From positions 544,001 to 608,000 of the forward strand of contig CM000435.1 of the NCBI GenBank assembly GCA_000165345.1: 64,000 bases of DNA, in the 5' to 3' direction. The notes under the pieces were generated by a model that was not told the origin of the DNA, made no database searches, and worked only from the letters and a program-made list of their open reading frames with translations. Below are positions 31,813 through 44,143 of the stretch, one piece after another. The translations under genes were made by a program, and so were the position numbers. Position 1 is the stretch's first letter. The number at the start of each line of letters is the position of its first letter.

Positions 31813-32102
31813 TTGGGTTGTTATTAGCATTAGTATTATTGATGAACTTTGAATTTAGATAGCTATTTTTAATACTTTTAAAACTTATTAACGTCGTTAA
31901 TTACTTATCCTTCTGTATTGGTTTTTTCTGTCACTTATTTTGCTACTATTTTATTGTTCACAATTCATTCTGTTTTACTTCAATTTGTTACTTTGATGTT
32001 TGGGAGCGCCCGAATTTGTGATTATTTGACTAGGGGGATAAGGAAACAAATTTAAACAATTAATTTTTAATAGATTCTAGTAAAATTGATTGCATCAATC
32101 TT

Positions 32103-35100
32103 ATGAGTTCAAATGAAGTTGAAGATAATCAAAATAGGAACAAAGAGAATGACTCATTCTGTATTTTAAGTAGAGAATACCTGCCTAAGGAAAGATGTTT
32201 AATGGAAACATGGAATAATGAAATTAGAATACGGATTCAGTATGAATTTACAAATCATCTTCCTGTATTATTTCTATCTGAAAATTCTGAACTAGTCAAA
32301 AGGTCTCAATCTTGTTTACAAAAAATTGTATTTGAATTACTTACAAGCGTATTGTTTTATTTGGATATTCCCTACATAACAGCGATAGAGTTTCTCGAAA
32401 ATTGTTCCATTGTATCTTATTTAAAAATATGCAAAATTTTGGGTTACGACTTTATTGGAAAGGATGAGCTTGATATTCAAGAAGTACCAACTGAATCTCT
32501 GAAAGATGAATTTAACGTATTCATTTCTGACCCAAGTAAAGCTATCGACATTAATTTGCCATCTTTTAGTTCTTTTGTTGAAGATCACATCACACCTCTA
32601 ATAATGGATGCTGTGTGGCTTATTCAAATGAGTGTACATAGCAACGAATCGAATAAAAACTCAATCTGGATAGAATTCATGTCTAGACTCTGTAGAGGAA
32701 ATATAACTTCGAGAGAAAGACCGCTTCCATCAATCCCAAAGAGCGTGAAACTCATTAGTATAAAAGATATTGTATCGTATCTTGATCTTGGAAAATCTGA
32801 TAACATGAAAATCACGGAATCGTTAATTTCTTCTAAATTTAAACTTCAGCAAAAGTATGTAAGAGATAGAACAAGACTATGTTTTACTGTAGATTCCTTT
32901 ACAACCCAAAGAGAGTGTTTAAATGGGTTTTCTATTCTGGGAGTACTAATTAAATACTTATTTGATCAAATAAATTTTTTTTCTGATCTAAATATTGATG
33001 AACCCACCTCTCAAATTATATATGAAAGAGATTATTCCAACAATCCTAAAGGCACAAATTATGTAAATGAGTATTCAGAAAATATAAACGATAAAAACAA
33101 TAGTCATACTAATTTAAACCTGTCAAATTATTTGATGAAATCCATTTGGAATATAATTCTAAGATATGATCTCTCAATACAAAGAAGTGTTGGATTAATT
33201 TTTGAAGTTTTTATTTCAATAATTTCGGGGTTCATTGATACAAAAAATAACTTAAATGATCTAGATACTCGACTATTTGTTCTATTAGATAAGTTACTTG
33301 CTATCTTCCCAGAGAAAATTGTTAGAAAGTCTTTCATTATTTTCATTGAACATATTTCCAATATTTGTAGCTCAAATAAGGGACCTAAGGATTCCGATAG
33401 CTTAAATACGGAAAATATTGGAAATTATGCTTACAGAACAAATCCATGGATTATTACTGATAAAAAAGGCTTTAAAGACATTCTTGATTTGCCATTCTTT
33501 GTGCTTACTTCTTTTTTAATTAAAAAAGGGTTTTTTGAACTAAGCGATTATTTCAGAGAGAAGTTGGTAGAATGGGATGATATTTTTTGGTCAGATTTTA
33601 AGGTAGATAAATATTCATTAAAAAACACAGATAATTTTTCAAACTTATTTGATGCTCAGGGTTTTTTCTTTCCTCCAAAAACATTGGAAAATATTAACAG
33701 CATTTATAAGTATTATCATTTATATTTTAATTCTCAATTAAGTAAAATAGAAGAGTCTGAAAAAGATTTTAACTTAGAACTGCTATTGAGAGAAATTTTG
33801 AGAAATGAAAGGTTTAACGATGAGATCAATTTTTCGAATATTTCGATTATTCTTTCAGAGTTAATACTTACTCCATCAATTTTATTTGCAAATGCATTTT
33901 TTGCTGATTATTTTTTGGAAGAAATTTGCGTTGATGAAGATGAAATATACTTTGTTTCCAAAATATCAAAGAATTCTGAAATAATTCAAGAAATAACTGA
34001 CTTTACGGGTATGCCATTTAGCATTATAAATTTATCAAGTAATATATTGAAAAAAAAAATAGAATTAATAATCAATGATATTGAAAGTAAAGTTAAAGAT
34101 AGTGAAAAGTCATCTAACCTGATATTGCAATACAAAAGGTTCTATTCATTAACTGAATGGATTAGCAAATATTGCAAATACCATTTATTTCAAAAACATC
34201 CAAGCTGCATTCCCATTTTTCTTGAGCTGCACTTGGTCTTTGTCAAAGAATTTAACAATGGGAAACTTTCTGAATTATTTGAGTCACAAGAATTGAGCTC
34301 AATAAATGGATACAAGTGCCCATCTGAACTATTGTTTGAAGTTTCATCTTGCATTATCTTCCCTGCGATTTCACTCCTACCCAAGAGTCCTTCAATTCCT
34401 GAAATGTTGAAAAACTCCATATTCGGTGAGATAGACATCAAGTATAGATACCAAATTTACAGAAGGTTAATGGTATTTAGTTACAATAGGTATCCTATGA
34501 ATTACCAATGGGTTAGTGTAAAAAAAATACTTTCAAAGTATTTGAAGGGAGTTACAAAAGATATAATAAATAACAAAAATGATAATAAACATTCAAACAG
34601 CATAAAAAGAAGACCACCTGTTCAAATCAGATTATTAATTTCCAATATTATTGGTTTATCTTACACAAATCCGCTTGCAGTTTGCGATACGATCATTAAT
34701 CAATGTAACAATTATGATAATATGATACCTCTTTTAATTGAGATACTTGGAAATAATATTGATGAAATATGTTTTGATGTAATGATATTTACAATAATAA
34801 ACTTTATTCTTTCAAGACCCACCTACATGATTGATTGTAGATCAAGTAATAGTGATTTAAATTGTTCAAGATTTGGCAATCGTGGAATTGCAAAATTCGT
34901 CGCATTATTGCTAACAAAAAGAAAAGTACCAAGGGAAATTTTAAAGAATTTTTTGCAAACTATTACTTATCGTATAGATGAAACTTTTTATGGTAATGAA
35001 TACTCTGTAAAAATTCCAAACAATTTCTTAGACATTTGTTTTTGGAAGCAATTATTAGAAATTGTATTATCAGCTCCAATACTTGACTTGTCTGTATTAA

Positions 35101-37472
35101 CTGGAAAGCAGATCCAAAGCCTTGCAGGAGGGCCATTATTATTTCAACTATTTCTTTCTCAACATGAAGAAGATAATTTCGGAGCAATGAACGAGCACTC
35201 TTTTTTTAATTCTTTATTAGACAATAATTCATATGCTAAACAAAATTGTGATTTATTTATTTCTATCTTAAAGAATGGAGAGATTCAAAGTAAGGAGGTT
35301 CTTTTTAGAATTGCAAAACTCAGGTCCGAAATATTATGGGATGTTCCAAGTAATTTAAACATGGATATTAAACTTTTAATTAACCTTTCTGACGAGCTGC
35401 ATTGGTGTTGCATACAAACAATTGAATTATTGAAAAGGTCATTTGATCCTGAATCATATAGAAACTTTATTTTGAATATTTCAAACTCAAGATATAGCTT
35501 TGAAGAAATTGTAACTCAGACCTTTTTATACCTAGATATACCAACTGCATGGTCTTTTCTTAGGAATGGAATTAGGAAATCTAACATAATTCAAGTTGAC
35601 AGAGAAATTTTGGTACAAGAAGATGGATTATTGGATATTGATCATGAGGCAATAAAGTGCATTAAAACTTACATTCTAAAGAAAAGTGAGATGACCTTTT
35701 TGAATAATGAGGTTTTCATGGATTTTTATATTTTATTCTGGTATCTTGATTTATCTGATATTTCTCTCCCATACCAACATTATTCAGAAAAACTATTTGA
35801 TTTATATTCTGAAATATTATATTACAAAGAAAACATAGACAGGATTTTGGCACAAAATATTGTAGATCATAAGACAGACACTTTTATTGAGAAGTGTAAG
35901 ATCGAATTTTTTTTGAATCCTAATAATATTAAACTCTTACCAAGTTATACTAAAAACAAAAATCATTTAACAAGGCAAGTTAGGGATGCAATTAAACCAT
36001 TTGAAAAGAGGCTCAGAAAGCTTTATAGTTGTTACAATGCATTAGCTTCAGAATATATTAAACTCTCTAAGAGAAGCGACTTTATAAGTCAATTCCTAGA
36101 TTCAGACCATGGAATTAATAGATTCAAAGATGAGTTAAATGAATCTTTAAAGTGCCATGATTTTTCTGAGCATGAAAAAAAAATTCAATCTTTTATGATT
36201 TGGATTTGTAAGGATTTTATTGCGCCTAGAGTAATTCACTCTGAAACTGATGCATTATTCACATATTTTTGGATCGAAAGGTTCGTTCTTGACGAAGAAA
36301 GAGGTATTTTTTCTTCTAATAAATACCTTATTGAATCATTTTTGATATTAACAACCAAGCATATTTCTTCCTTGATAAGGTCATCGACTCCTCGTGAATC
36401 TCAGCTTCTTGGCTTATTTTTTAAGGAGATATTCGCATATATTAAAAGATTTATTTCTAAATTTAGGTCAGGCATAAATGCTGATAATAACCAAAAAGGA
36501 GAAACAACGTTTAAAGTTTCTCCCAACAATATCCCAGTAACTGATTTAGATAGGCTCGAGTTTGAAACTGATACAAATGGAAAGAATTTAAACAACATTT
36601 TAGATAATAAAGATTCATTAATTGATGGTACAAAATGCAGCGAATCAATTGAAAATAAAGATTCTGATTGTTCAAAATTATTTGAAAAAAAATCATTAGA
36701 AAACTTTGACCAAAAAATGAGTTTAATTAACGAATCATCACAAGAAATAAAACTTGACTCTTCTATCTATGAGCCTAGTAAACTAGATGTGTTGGCAGAA
36801 AAAAATGAAAGCAATAACGGGCTAGAATATATTGAAATATTTAAGGGAAAAAGTTGTAATGAAATTGAGAGCTTGACTCAAAGAACAACTGATTCAATTC
36901 TGAACAATTTTCTCTACGAATGTGAAAGGAATATCATGATTTCCTTATCCCTTGGATTGGGACTATTATCAGAAAGATCACCTGAAGACCTCCCTGAATG
37001 GGCCCATACATTAAGCAGCGTTTGGATGTTATCAAGATTTTACGAATCATTTCCTATATCAGCAATAACAGGTGAATATTTACTAAAAGAGCTACCAAAC
37101 ATCCTTGAATATGCAACAAAAAGACACTGGAATGATTTGAATCTATCAATTACATCATTAATTTTGAAATTAAAACAATGCAGCCCAAATTGGATAAGAA
37201 AAAGAGATTTAAAAGACAAAAACTCAAAACAAAATGAATCCGCTCTTACTTTAAAAGTAGCCATAGAATCTACAAAGAAAAATAATTCTAGTTCATCTAA
37301 TTTGTACCCAGTAACTCCCAGTTCAAAGAATCAAGATGAAAAAATTAATAACAATTCATCACGGTCAGAATTTAAAAGACAAAGACTGAATGTTGACGAA
37401 TACTGCTTAAACAAAACTAGCCACTCTAACTCCGCAAATTCTATCAGAAGAGAAGAATATAGGAAAAAATAA
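32103..37472 (+). CDS. Large hypothetical protein (1789 aa), probably alpha-helical repeat
   Basis: Uninterrupted 5.4-kb ORF with an ATG start. No signal peptide. No motif I can assign. Confidence 0.5.
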   Translation: MSSNEVEDNQNRNKENDSFCILSREYLPKERCLMETWNNEIRIRIQYEFTNHLPVLFLSENSELVKRSQSCLQKIVFELLTSVLFYLDIPYITAIEFLENCSIVSYLKICKILGYDFIGKDELDIQEVPTESLKDEFNVFISDPSKAIDINLPSFSSFVEDHITPLIMDAVWLIQMSVHSNESNKNSIWIEFMSRLCRGNITSRERPLPSIPKSVKLISIKDIVSYLDLGKSDNMKITESLISSKFKLQQKYVRDRTRLCFTVDSFTTQRECLNGFSILGVLIKYLFDQINFFSDLNIDEPTSQIIYERDYSNNPKGTNYVNEYSENINDKNNSHTNLNLSNYLMKSIWNIILRYDLSIQRSVGLIFEVFISIISGFIDTKNNLNDLDTRLFVLLDKLLAIFPEKIVRKSFIIFIEHISNICSSNKGPKDSDSLNTENIGNYAYRTNPWIITDKKGFKDILDLPFFVLTSFLIKKGFFELSDYFREKLVEWDDIFWSDFKVDKYSLKNTDNFSNLFDAQGFFFPPKTLENINSIYKYYHLYFNSQLSKIEESEKDFNLELLLREILRNERFNDEINFSNISIILSELILTPSILFANAFFADYFLEEICVDEDEIYFVSKISKNSEIIQEITDFTGMPFSIINLSSNILKKKIELIINDIESKVKDSEKSSNLILQYKRFYSLTEWISKYCKYHLFQKHPSCIPIFLELHLVFVKEFNNGKLSELFESQELSSINGYKCPSELLFEVSSCIIFPAISLLPKSPSIPEMLKNSIFGEIDIKYRYQIYRRLMVFSYNRYPMNYQWVSVKKILSKYLKGVTKDIINNKNDNKHSNSIKRRPPVQIRLLISNIIGLSYTNPLAVCDTIINQCNNYDNMIPLLIEILGNNIDEICFDVMIFTIINFILSRPTYMIDCRSSNSDLNCSRFGNRGIAKFVALLLTKRKVPREILKNFLQTITYRIDETFYGNEYSVKIPNNFLDICFWKQLLEIVLSAPILDLSVLTGKQIQSLAGGPLLFQLFLSQHEEDNFGAMNEHSFFNSLLDNNSYAKQNCDLFISILKNGEIQSKEVLFRIAKLRSEILWDVPSNLNMDIKLLINLSDELHWCCIQTIELLKRSFDPESYRNFILNISNSRYSFEEIVTQTFLYLDIPTAWSFLRNGIRKSNIIQVDREILVQEDGLLDIDHEAIKCIKTYILKKSEMTFLNNEVFMDFYILFWYLDLSDISLPYQHYSEKLFDLYSEILYYKENIDRILAQNIVDHKTDTFIEKCKIEFFLNPNNIKLLPSYTKNKNHLTRQVRDAIKPFEKRLRKLYSCYNALASEYIKLSKRSDFISQFLDSDHGINRFKDELNESLKCHDFSEHEKKIQSFMIWICKDFIAPRVIHSETDALFTYFWIERFVLDEERGIFSSNKYLIESFLILTTKHISSLIRSSTPRESQLLGLFFKEIFAYIKRFISKFRSGINADNNQKGETTFKVSPNNIPVTDLDRLEFETDTNGKNLNNILDNKDSLIDGTKCSESIENKDSDCSKLFEKKSLENFDQKMSLINESSQEIKLDSSIYEPSKLDVLAEKNESNNGLEYIEIFKGKSCNEIESLTQRTTDSILNNFLYECERNIMISLSLGLGLLSERSPEDLPEWAHTLSSVWMLSRFYESFPISAITGEYLLKELPNILEYATKRHWNDLNLSITSLILKLKQCSPNWIRKRDLKDKNSKQNESALTLKVAIESTKKNNSSSSNLYPVTPSSKNQDEKINNNSSRSEFKRQRLNVDEYCLNKTSHSNSANSIRREEYRKK

Positions 37473-37504
37473 ATAGAACTTTTTTTTTTTTATAGATAGA
37501 AGTC

Positions 37505-38869
37505 CTAGATGTTTATGTATCTTTTTTTACTATTCTTTTCTAAAATATAATTATCTTTAATATCCCTCAAAATGAAAGATAAAAAAAACGATCCCAAAGA
37601 AAATATTAATAATGGAACAAGAGAGTAATTAATATTTAGAAAACGAGTTGTGAAATCTGTAAGAATACAAAAAAATATGCAGGAAGCTGCCTTTGCAGAA
37701 AATAAATAAATAAATAATTCCATTTGGTTTGACTGGCAATAATGTTTCACAATAGTTGTTGGGAAAATGGTTAAATTTCCGGAATGAGCAATGGAAACAA
37801 GAAGATACCCCAGAATATACTGAAAAATAGATATACTTTCAATAATGGGGAACATTAGCAGTATAATTCCAGTTACCAAAATGATTGATAAAATACAAAT
37901 ACAATTAAAGTAACCTGCAAGCTGACCAAAAATACCCCAAAATACTCTAAATAATGTTTGTAAAATCATTATGATACAAGAAACTCTTGTTAATTGCAAA
38001 TCTCCGAGACCAGTATTGGTCATCCCATGAACTTTCCAAAATAATTGAATATACTCAATGCAAGGCCATGAAAGAAATGTAATTAACCAAAGCAAAACAA
38101 ATGGTTCGGATGTATAAATTCGATTTGCAAAATGGCATCTCTTATCCGAAATATATTGTTCTTGTTTTTCCTTAATTCTTGGGTATTTCCTTCCTGTTAT
38201 TGCTAGATTTGCAATTCCAGTAATTTGGAATATCGCTGAAAATATAAAAGTTAATTTTAACAATTTTGGAACTTTTTCCAAAACTATTAAACTATTAAAA
38301 AATTTGTTACCACTATAAACATAATAATTATTTGAGTTGATTGGATTAACAAATGAAGACTGAAAAGAAGGAATTATTGACATTGATGCTCCTCTAAATA
38401 GCCAAAGCACCCCAATTATTTTTGAACGAGAATTTTTAGAATAATTGCTAGCCAAAAATTCAATTGTGGATGCAAAAAGTAGCCCATTCCCAATGGCGTA
38501 TAGAATGGAATAACCGAATAAGTAAAGAAAATAATTTTCCAAAAATAAATATGATATTAATAACCCAAAATTACAAAAAAAAAATCCAATAGCCAAACAA
38601 GAAGGAATTCCAATAATAAGTTCAATACTTGGATACAAATAGTTTGCTCCTCCCTGGAACAATACAAAAAAACATTCGATCCAACAAATCATTCCTGCTC
38701 GTAATTTGTGTTTTCCTTTCAGTGAAATATAACTTGCAATATATGGGACAGTATTTCCAAATGTGTTTGCAAAGCCCAAAGACCAGTGAATCAATGCACA
38801 TCCAATTAGTGGTGACCAAAATGTTTTGTCCTTATTTAACAAGTCTCTGATTAATAATCGAAAATTCAT
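37505..38869 (-). CDS. Polytopic membrane protein, MFS-transporter-like (about 11-12 predicted TM helices)
   Basis: 454-aa ORF with hydrophobic helices spaced along the whole length and a central charged loop. The MFS assignment is from topology pattern only. Confidence 0.45.
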   Translation of the reverse strand: MNFRLLIRDLLNKDKTFWSPLIGCALIHWSLGFANTFGNTVPYIASYISLKGKHKLRAGMICWIECFFVLFQGGANYLYPSIELIIGIPSCLAIGFFFCNFGLLISYLFLENYFLYLFGYSILYAIGNGLLFASTIEFLASNYSKNSRSKIIGVLWLFRGASMSIIPSFQSSFVNPINSNNYYVYSGNKFFNSLIVLEKVPKLLKLTFIFSAIFQITGIANLAITGRKYPRIKEKQEQYISDKRCHFANRIYTSEPFVLLWLITFLSWPCIEYIQLFWKVHGMTNTGLGDLQLTRVSCIIMILQTLFRVFWGIFGQLAGYFNCICILSIILVTGIILLMFPIIESISIFQYILGYLLVSIAHSGNLTIFPTTIVKHYCQSNQMELFIYLFSAKAASCIFFCILTDFTTRFLNINYSLVPLLIFSLGSFFLSFILRDIKDNYILEKNSKKRYINI

Positions 38870-39172
38870 TTTATTTTAATTCAACACCTCAAACATGTAT
38901 TTAAACTAAAGTAATATATTTCTAAAATATTTAATATTTTGTTTAGTTTATAAATCATAATTTATTTTTTGTTTTATTCATGTAACTTTATTCCTCATAT
39001 AATACCCGGTATATACAATTTTCAATTAAATGCAACCCAGTTTCAAATAAAAAAAAAAAAATAATTCAATAATTTTGTTGGAGCAATGTTAAACGATTTT
39101 TTGAAAGCTTAAATTCCGTAGTAATTTAAATTTTTTCACTGAAAATTTAACTGCAACAAGTGTTTGTTAAAA

Positions 39173-40312
39173 ATGAATGATAGTAGAAGGTTTGTTTGGT
39201 GCATATTATTAAAAATTAGTATAGAAGACATTAATAGAAAGATTTCAATAAGCAGTCTAGTACAGAACGCTGATAAAACTCTCATTAACCAGGTAAATTG
39301 TGACGTAGACCGTTGTGACTTGCAAAGCGATATCGATAAATTAAATTTAAAGCGTTTGCTTATTTCAGTCTTTTCTTATCGAAGGGAAAATTATTCTTAT
39401 ATTCAAGGTATTCACGAAATTGGAAAAGTATTTCTAACATTATTCCATGAATACAAGAAATCCAATTTGGCAAATATTAAAAAAAAATTGTCTAAGTTAA
39501 TTGTATTTTCTGAAAGATTTGAAGCTATTATTCTATGTAAACTTTTAATAAAGAAATTCAATTCAGAAAAAGGTAGAGCGGATATTTGTTTTAAGGCTTT
39601 TGATCGATTTCTTATGCTTTACTCAACTCCATATATTTACAAATCAGATAGTTTAGCTCAAATAAATCTTGAATACATTCTTTCGAATATTTCTCGGGAT
39701 CTTCTTTACTTGTTAAATAAGAGATCACCTATTTTGTATAATTTTTTCGTTAAATTAAAAGCAAAAGATGATAAAGAATCAAGCGTCTGCATATTTATTT
39801 TGCCTTGGATAATAACTTATTTTTCACATAATATTTCAGTTAAACAAAAAAAACTAACATATTATATTTTTGATCACATTATTTCAAGCCATCCTCTTTA
39901 TATCGTTTTTCTTATTGTAGAAATAATAATACAATCAGAAACAAAGCTTTTTGATTATCTTGAGCAAAATTTTGGATTAGATATATCACTTAACTTCGAA
40001 GAAAACGAAATATATCCTTTTGTTCATTTTTTTTTCCAAAATTTGGACATTTCAAACCTCAATTGGAAAGTAATAGTAAGTTGCTCACACAAATATTTAT
40101 CTAGCACAAGACTTAATATATTAAATAGCTATTTTTTGTGGGAAGCTGGAAAGGGATCTAAACACGATTTAAGAATCGGTACAACTCTTTTTTCTAAGAT
40201 GAATGTAAAAGTGCTAATATATTCAATATTCTTAGTATTGATTTCGAGTTTATTATTTTCCATTTATGTTGGCGAATTCAATTTTTTGAAAATTATTAAA
40301 AAAAAAAATTAG
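39173..40312 (+). CDS. TBC-domain Rab GTPase-activating protein with a C-terminal transmembrane anchor (TBC1D20-like)
   Basis: Arg-finger-like VNCDVDRCDL (IxxDxxR) and Gln-finger-like YSYIQGIHEIGKVFL (YxQ) in TBC order. The C-terminus VLIYSIFLVLISSLLFSIYV is a TM helix. The track start 39164 is a TTG; the first ATG is 39173. Confidence 0.6.
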   Translation: MNDSRRFVWCILLKISIEDINRKISISSLVQNADKTLINQVNCDVDRCDLQSDIDKLNLKRLLISVFSYRRENYSYIQGIHEIGKVFLTLFHEYKKSNLANIKKKLSKLIVFSERFEAIILCKLLIKKFNSEKGRADICFKAFDRFLMLYSTPYIYKSDSLAQINLEYILSNISRDLLYLLNKRSPILYNFFVKLKAKDDKESSVCIFILPWIITYFSHNISVKQKKLTYYIFDHIISSHPLYIVFLIVEIIIQSETKLFDYLEQNFGLDISLNFEENEIYPFVHFFFQNLDISNLNWKVIVSCSHKYLSSTRLNILNSYFLWEAGKGSKHDLRIGTTLFSKMNVKVLIYSIFLVLISSLLFSIYVGEFNFLKIIKKKN

Positions 40313-40319
40313 GCTCTGA

Positions 40320-41105
<786 letters not shown>

Positions 41106-41485
41106 AAGTCAAATTTTTCATTCTAATGATCTTTCAAAACTTAACATCGTGGGGCGACCGCCCAAGTTATCTTCTAGCTTTCAATGCATTAAGTTAAAAA
41201 ATAAATTGAAATTTTAAGAGTGAGGGGATTAGTCCGGTACATGTATACAGTAAATAAATCAATAGATTTTATTCTATAGCTTATTTTTCTGATTTAAAAC
41301 TATTTCACAGATATTAATAAAAAACAAGAGGAAATAGGGTTTTTTTTTCACAATTTTTTCTGTAAGACCCAAGTCACTGGCTTGTATAAATTGAGGGAGA
41401 ATAAATAATTATCTACTTTATTTCAATTCAGAACCTCATTAGGCACTAAGGTATTTTCATATTGCCTTAAAACTCGTTTAAATCA

Positions 41486-42208
41486 ATGCAGCAAAATAAA
41501 CAAACTGTAGGTGGAATCGGGCATTTTCATTCGTCACTCAAAGATGTCGAAGCGCAGAGCCAGATTTCATGCGCAGCATATAAACAACAATGGATTGCAA
41601 AGGTAGCGAGGGTTCCGCCTAGAAAAGTTCACACAACAAATATCTCTAGGATAAAAAATAGGCTATTTGCCTTTAATCAAAGGAGTTGTGCGTTATCCAT
41701 TGGAACAATGGTTGGAAATTTTAAATACATTTGTTCTTGGGCTAAACTTCTTGGGTTAACTATTTCGTCATTTCTTTTTATATGGGTATTATATTGTTTT
41801 TCAATTATAAAATATTTAAAAGGAGACCAGCATATCGAATACTTTTATACAAATGTTCTATGCTTAGTAATATCACTAATATCTTTTACCATGCTATCTA
41901 CTTCACTAATTATTCCAAATTCGACAGCAATTAACTTAAATTCAATGGAAAGCTCATTGTTGGCAGGTTCAGGAGTAGCAACTCGAAATTTAATTTCATG
42001 CAAAACTTTGTCAACGCTTTATTTAGTCATTTCACTTTTATCAATTTTCACGGCATTGCTACCCCAAATGGAATCGTATCATTTTACAATTACAATGCTT
42101 TCAATGATACTTGCCACCCATCTTGCGCCTTCAGTTTTGTTCTATATTGCTTATTTGCGTGGCGAAGATGGCTGCATTGATGACAGAAGTCATCATACGC
42201 TAATATAG
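41486..42208 (+). CDS. Hypothetical polytopic membrane protein (240 aa, 4-5 TM helices after a soluble N-terminal stretch of about 90 aa)
   Basis: ATG-initiated ORF. The hydrophobic segments are visible in the sequence. No family recognised. Confidence 0.4.
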   Translation: MQQNKQTVGGIGHFHSSLKDVEAQSQISCAAYKQQWIAKVARVPPRKVHTTNISRIKNRLFAFNQRSCALSIGTMVGNFKYICSWAKLLGLTISSFLFIWVLYCFSIIKYLKGDQHIEYFYTNVLCLVISLISFTMLSTSLIIPNSTAINLNSMESSLLAGSGVATRNLISCKTLSTLYLVISLLSIFTALLPQMESYHFTITMLSMILATHLAPSVLFYIAYLRGEDGCIDDRSHHTLI

Positions 42209-42441
42209 CTATCTTCTTAAGTCAAGTATTTCGAATTAGAAACTTTTTATAATTATCGCATTCATGTTTTCGATAGACTTTTATATTTCAGAATTTTGAT
42301 TTATATTAGATTAGTTTTTTTGAATGTTTTATTATTGCCCAAGGTCGTTTATATTATTGCTATGCATTTGTTTCGCGGTTTACTTTGTATTGTGGAGATC
42401 AAAACTTAAATATACGAATTCTGCCAGATTTATCCAGATTC

Positions 42442-42968
42442 ATGGTAAAACGTAAGTAAAATTGTTGACTTACTTTCAGGCTTAATAATAACTTTGTAGA
42501 TAAAAAAAGACGTAAGAATCGTTCTGATGACGATGACTGTAAGTTGTTAGAAAACTTTGATATTTTTTAACCATGATTTTTGTTAGCTGAGGACTATATG
42601 GACGATTCTTTCCGTGGAAACTCAAGCATAAGCATTAGCAATAACAAAAAGGAGCGAAAGGAAATTTCATTAGTATTAGCAGAGGATGATCAAGACAATG
42701 AAAGGTGAGTAAAATTTTTTTAGTTTTGTACTTTTTAAAATCAAATTAATTAAATAGAAAGGTTAAATGGTCGAATATTGTAGTTGGCCCTTCCAAAACA
42801 CCCCCAAAAAAATTTTGTGTAATATGCGGTTTTATTGGCAAATATAAATGCTACAAGTGCTTTAAATGCAGACCCAACTCTATCGTAAGATATGTTTGCT
42901 CTCACAAGTGTGATATACTACACAAAGAAATCGATTGTTGCAAACCCAAAAATCTTTTTATTTGGTGA
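42442..42968 (+). CDS. Zinc-finger HIT-domain protein (ZNHIT1/Vps71-like). The 4-exon model is join(42442..42451,42500..42538,42587..42704,42758..42968) and gives 125 aa.
   Basis: Absent from the ORF track. The terminal exon encodes NIVVGPSKTPPKKFCVICGFIGKYKCYKCFKCRPNSIVRYVCSHKCDILHKEIDCC, a zf-HIT pattern (compare ZNHIT1 FCAVCGFPSPYTCVSCGARYCTVRCLGTHQETRC). Upstream exons give MVKHKKRRKNRSDDDD... and ...KKERKEISLVLAEDDQDNE. They are joined by GTAAGT..TAG introns of 48, 48 and 53 nt with all phases consistent. Total length is 378 nt. Confidence 0.65.
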
Positions 42969-42982
42969 ACAAATTATTAATT

Positions 42983-44143
42983 TCACACACATTTCTTGCG
43001 ATTTGAGCTTAGTTTCGACACATTCAGTTGCAACTTGGTTCGTTTATTTCCATCAGAATTAACTTGAGAGTAGTCAGCTTTATTTTGGTATTCAGTCCTA
43101 TCGATCTTACTGCTACTTGCTTTACTTGATATCATTATCTTTCTCACTTCTTTATTTGATAAAATTTCAAGATATGTTTTTTTAAACTCGTGGTAATTTA
43201 TTGATAAATCCCAATTTAATATTTTCAAAATATGATATTCTAACATTAACATCTCCCATTGTGGCACACCCCCGATATGTGCCCAAAATTTTATTCCATA
43301 TTGTACATCGTACATCAGTTTGTATGTTAATAGTGCAGTGGCCAAAACGAGTCTGTGCGCAGTTAGGGATGTAACGCTCAATCTACCTTTGGATTTCTCA
43401 ACAGCTCTTCTTATTAAAATAACCATTACACAAAAATCGACAGGTGTTAGGGACACAAATTTCACGATTCTACTAATGAAGTAATCCCCTATAGATATTT
43501 TTGGAGTTGCGAGTGAATGAAATGGAGTAATAATTTTCTTATTTTCTTCAGTTTTATTGTTGATTTTATCAATTTCCATTATTACGCATTTTTTTATATC
43601 TTTTTCTACTGTTTCATATTCTGACCAGGAGTTATTCATCCAACTTGAAATTTGTGAATTTGAAAGAGGGTAACTTCTATAATTAAATTGCATACTATTA
43701 TTGTTTTCATGAAGTTGATTTCTATCTTTCCCATAATTTGCAGATTTTCTGGATATTGCACTTCTCAGTTCTTGTTTAATATTACTTTCATTGAATCTTT
43801 TAATTTCTACCACAGAGTGACCAACACTATTCTTTTCTTTATCAAGATTTCCTGAGTCGAATAATGATGATTTTGATGTTAGACTTTCAGATAATTCGTT
43901 TTGATTAACTAGAAGTGATAATTCATCATTGGAATTATTCCTAGTTGATGCCTCAGATGGTTTATTCCAATATTTCCACAGTATTGTTCCACTATTTTTA
44001 CTATAACTTAAACGACTCTTAAGAATAGGTATTTTGTCGTTTTTATGTTCAAATTCACCTGAGATATTTTCACTAAAATTTTTTTCATTACCTTCAAATT
44101 GCGTCAAGTTACTAATTAATCTTGTCATAGCACCAAGAAGCAT
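42983..44143 (-). CDS. PHO80-like cyclin (cyclin-box fold in the C-terminal half)
   Basis: ISIGDYFISRIVKFVSLTPVDFCVMVILIRRAVEKSKGRLSVTSLTAHRLVLATALLTYKLMYD....LMLEYHILKILNWDLSI fits the Pho80/PCL cyclin-domain pattern. ATG start. Confidence 0.65.
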   Translation of the reverse strand: MLLGAMTRLISNLTQFEGNEKNFSENISGEFEHKNDKIPILKSRLSYSKNSGTILWKYWNKPSEASTRNNSNDELSLLVNQNELSESLTSKSSLFDSGNLDKEKNSVGHSVVEIKRFNESNIKQELRSAISRKSANYGKDRNQLHENNNSMQFNYRSYPLSNSQISSWMNNSWSEYETVEKDIKKCVIMEIDKINNKTEENKKIITPFHSLATPKISIGDYFISRIVKFVSLTPVDFCVMVILIRRAVEKSKGRLSVTSLTAHRLVLATALLTYKLMYDVQYGIKFWAHIGGVPQWEMLMLEYHILKILNWDLSINYHEFKKTYLEILSNKEVRKIMISSKASSSKIDRTEYQNKADYSQVNSDGNKRTKLQLNVSKLSSNRKKCV

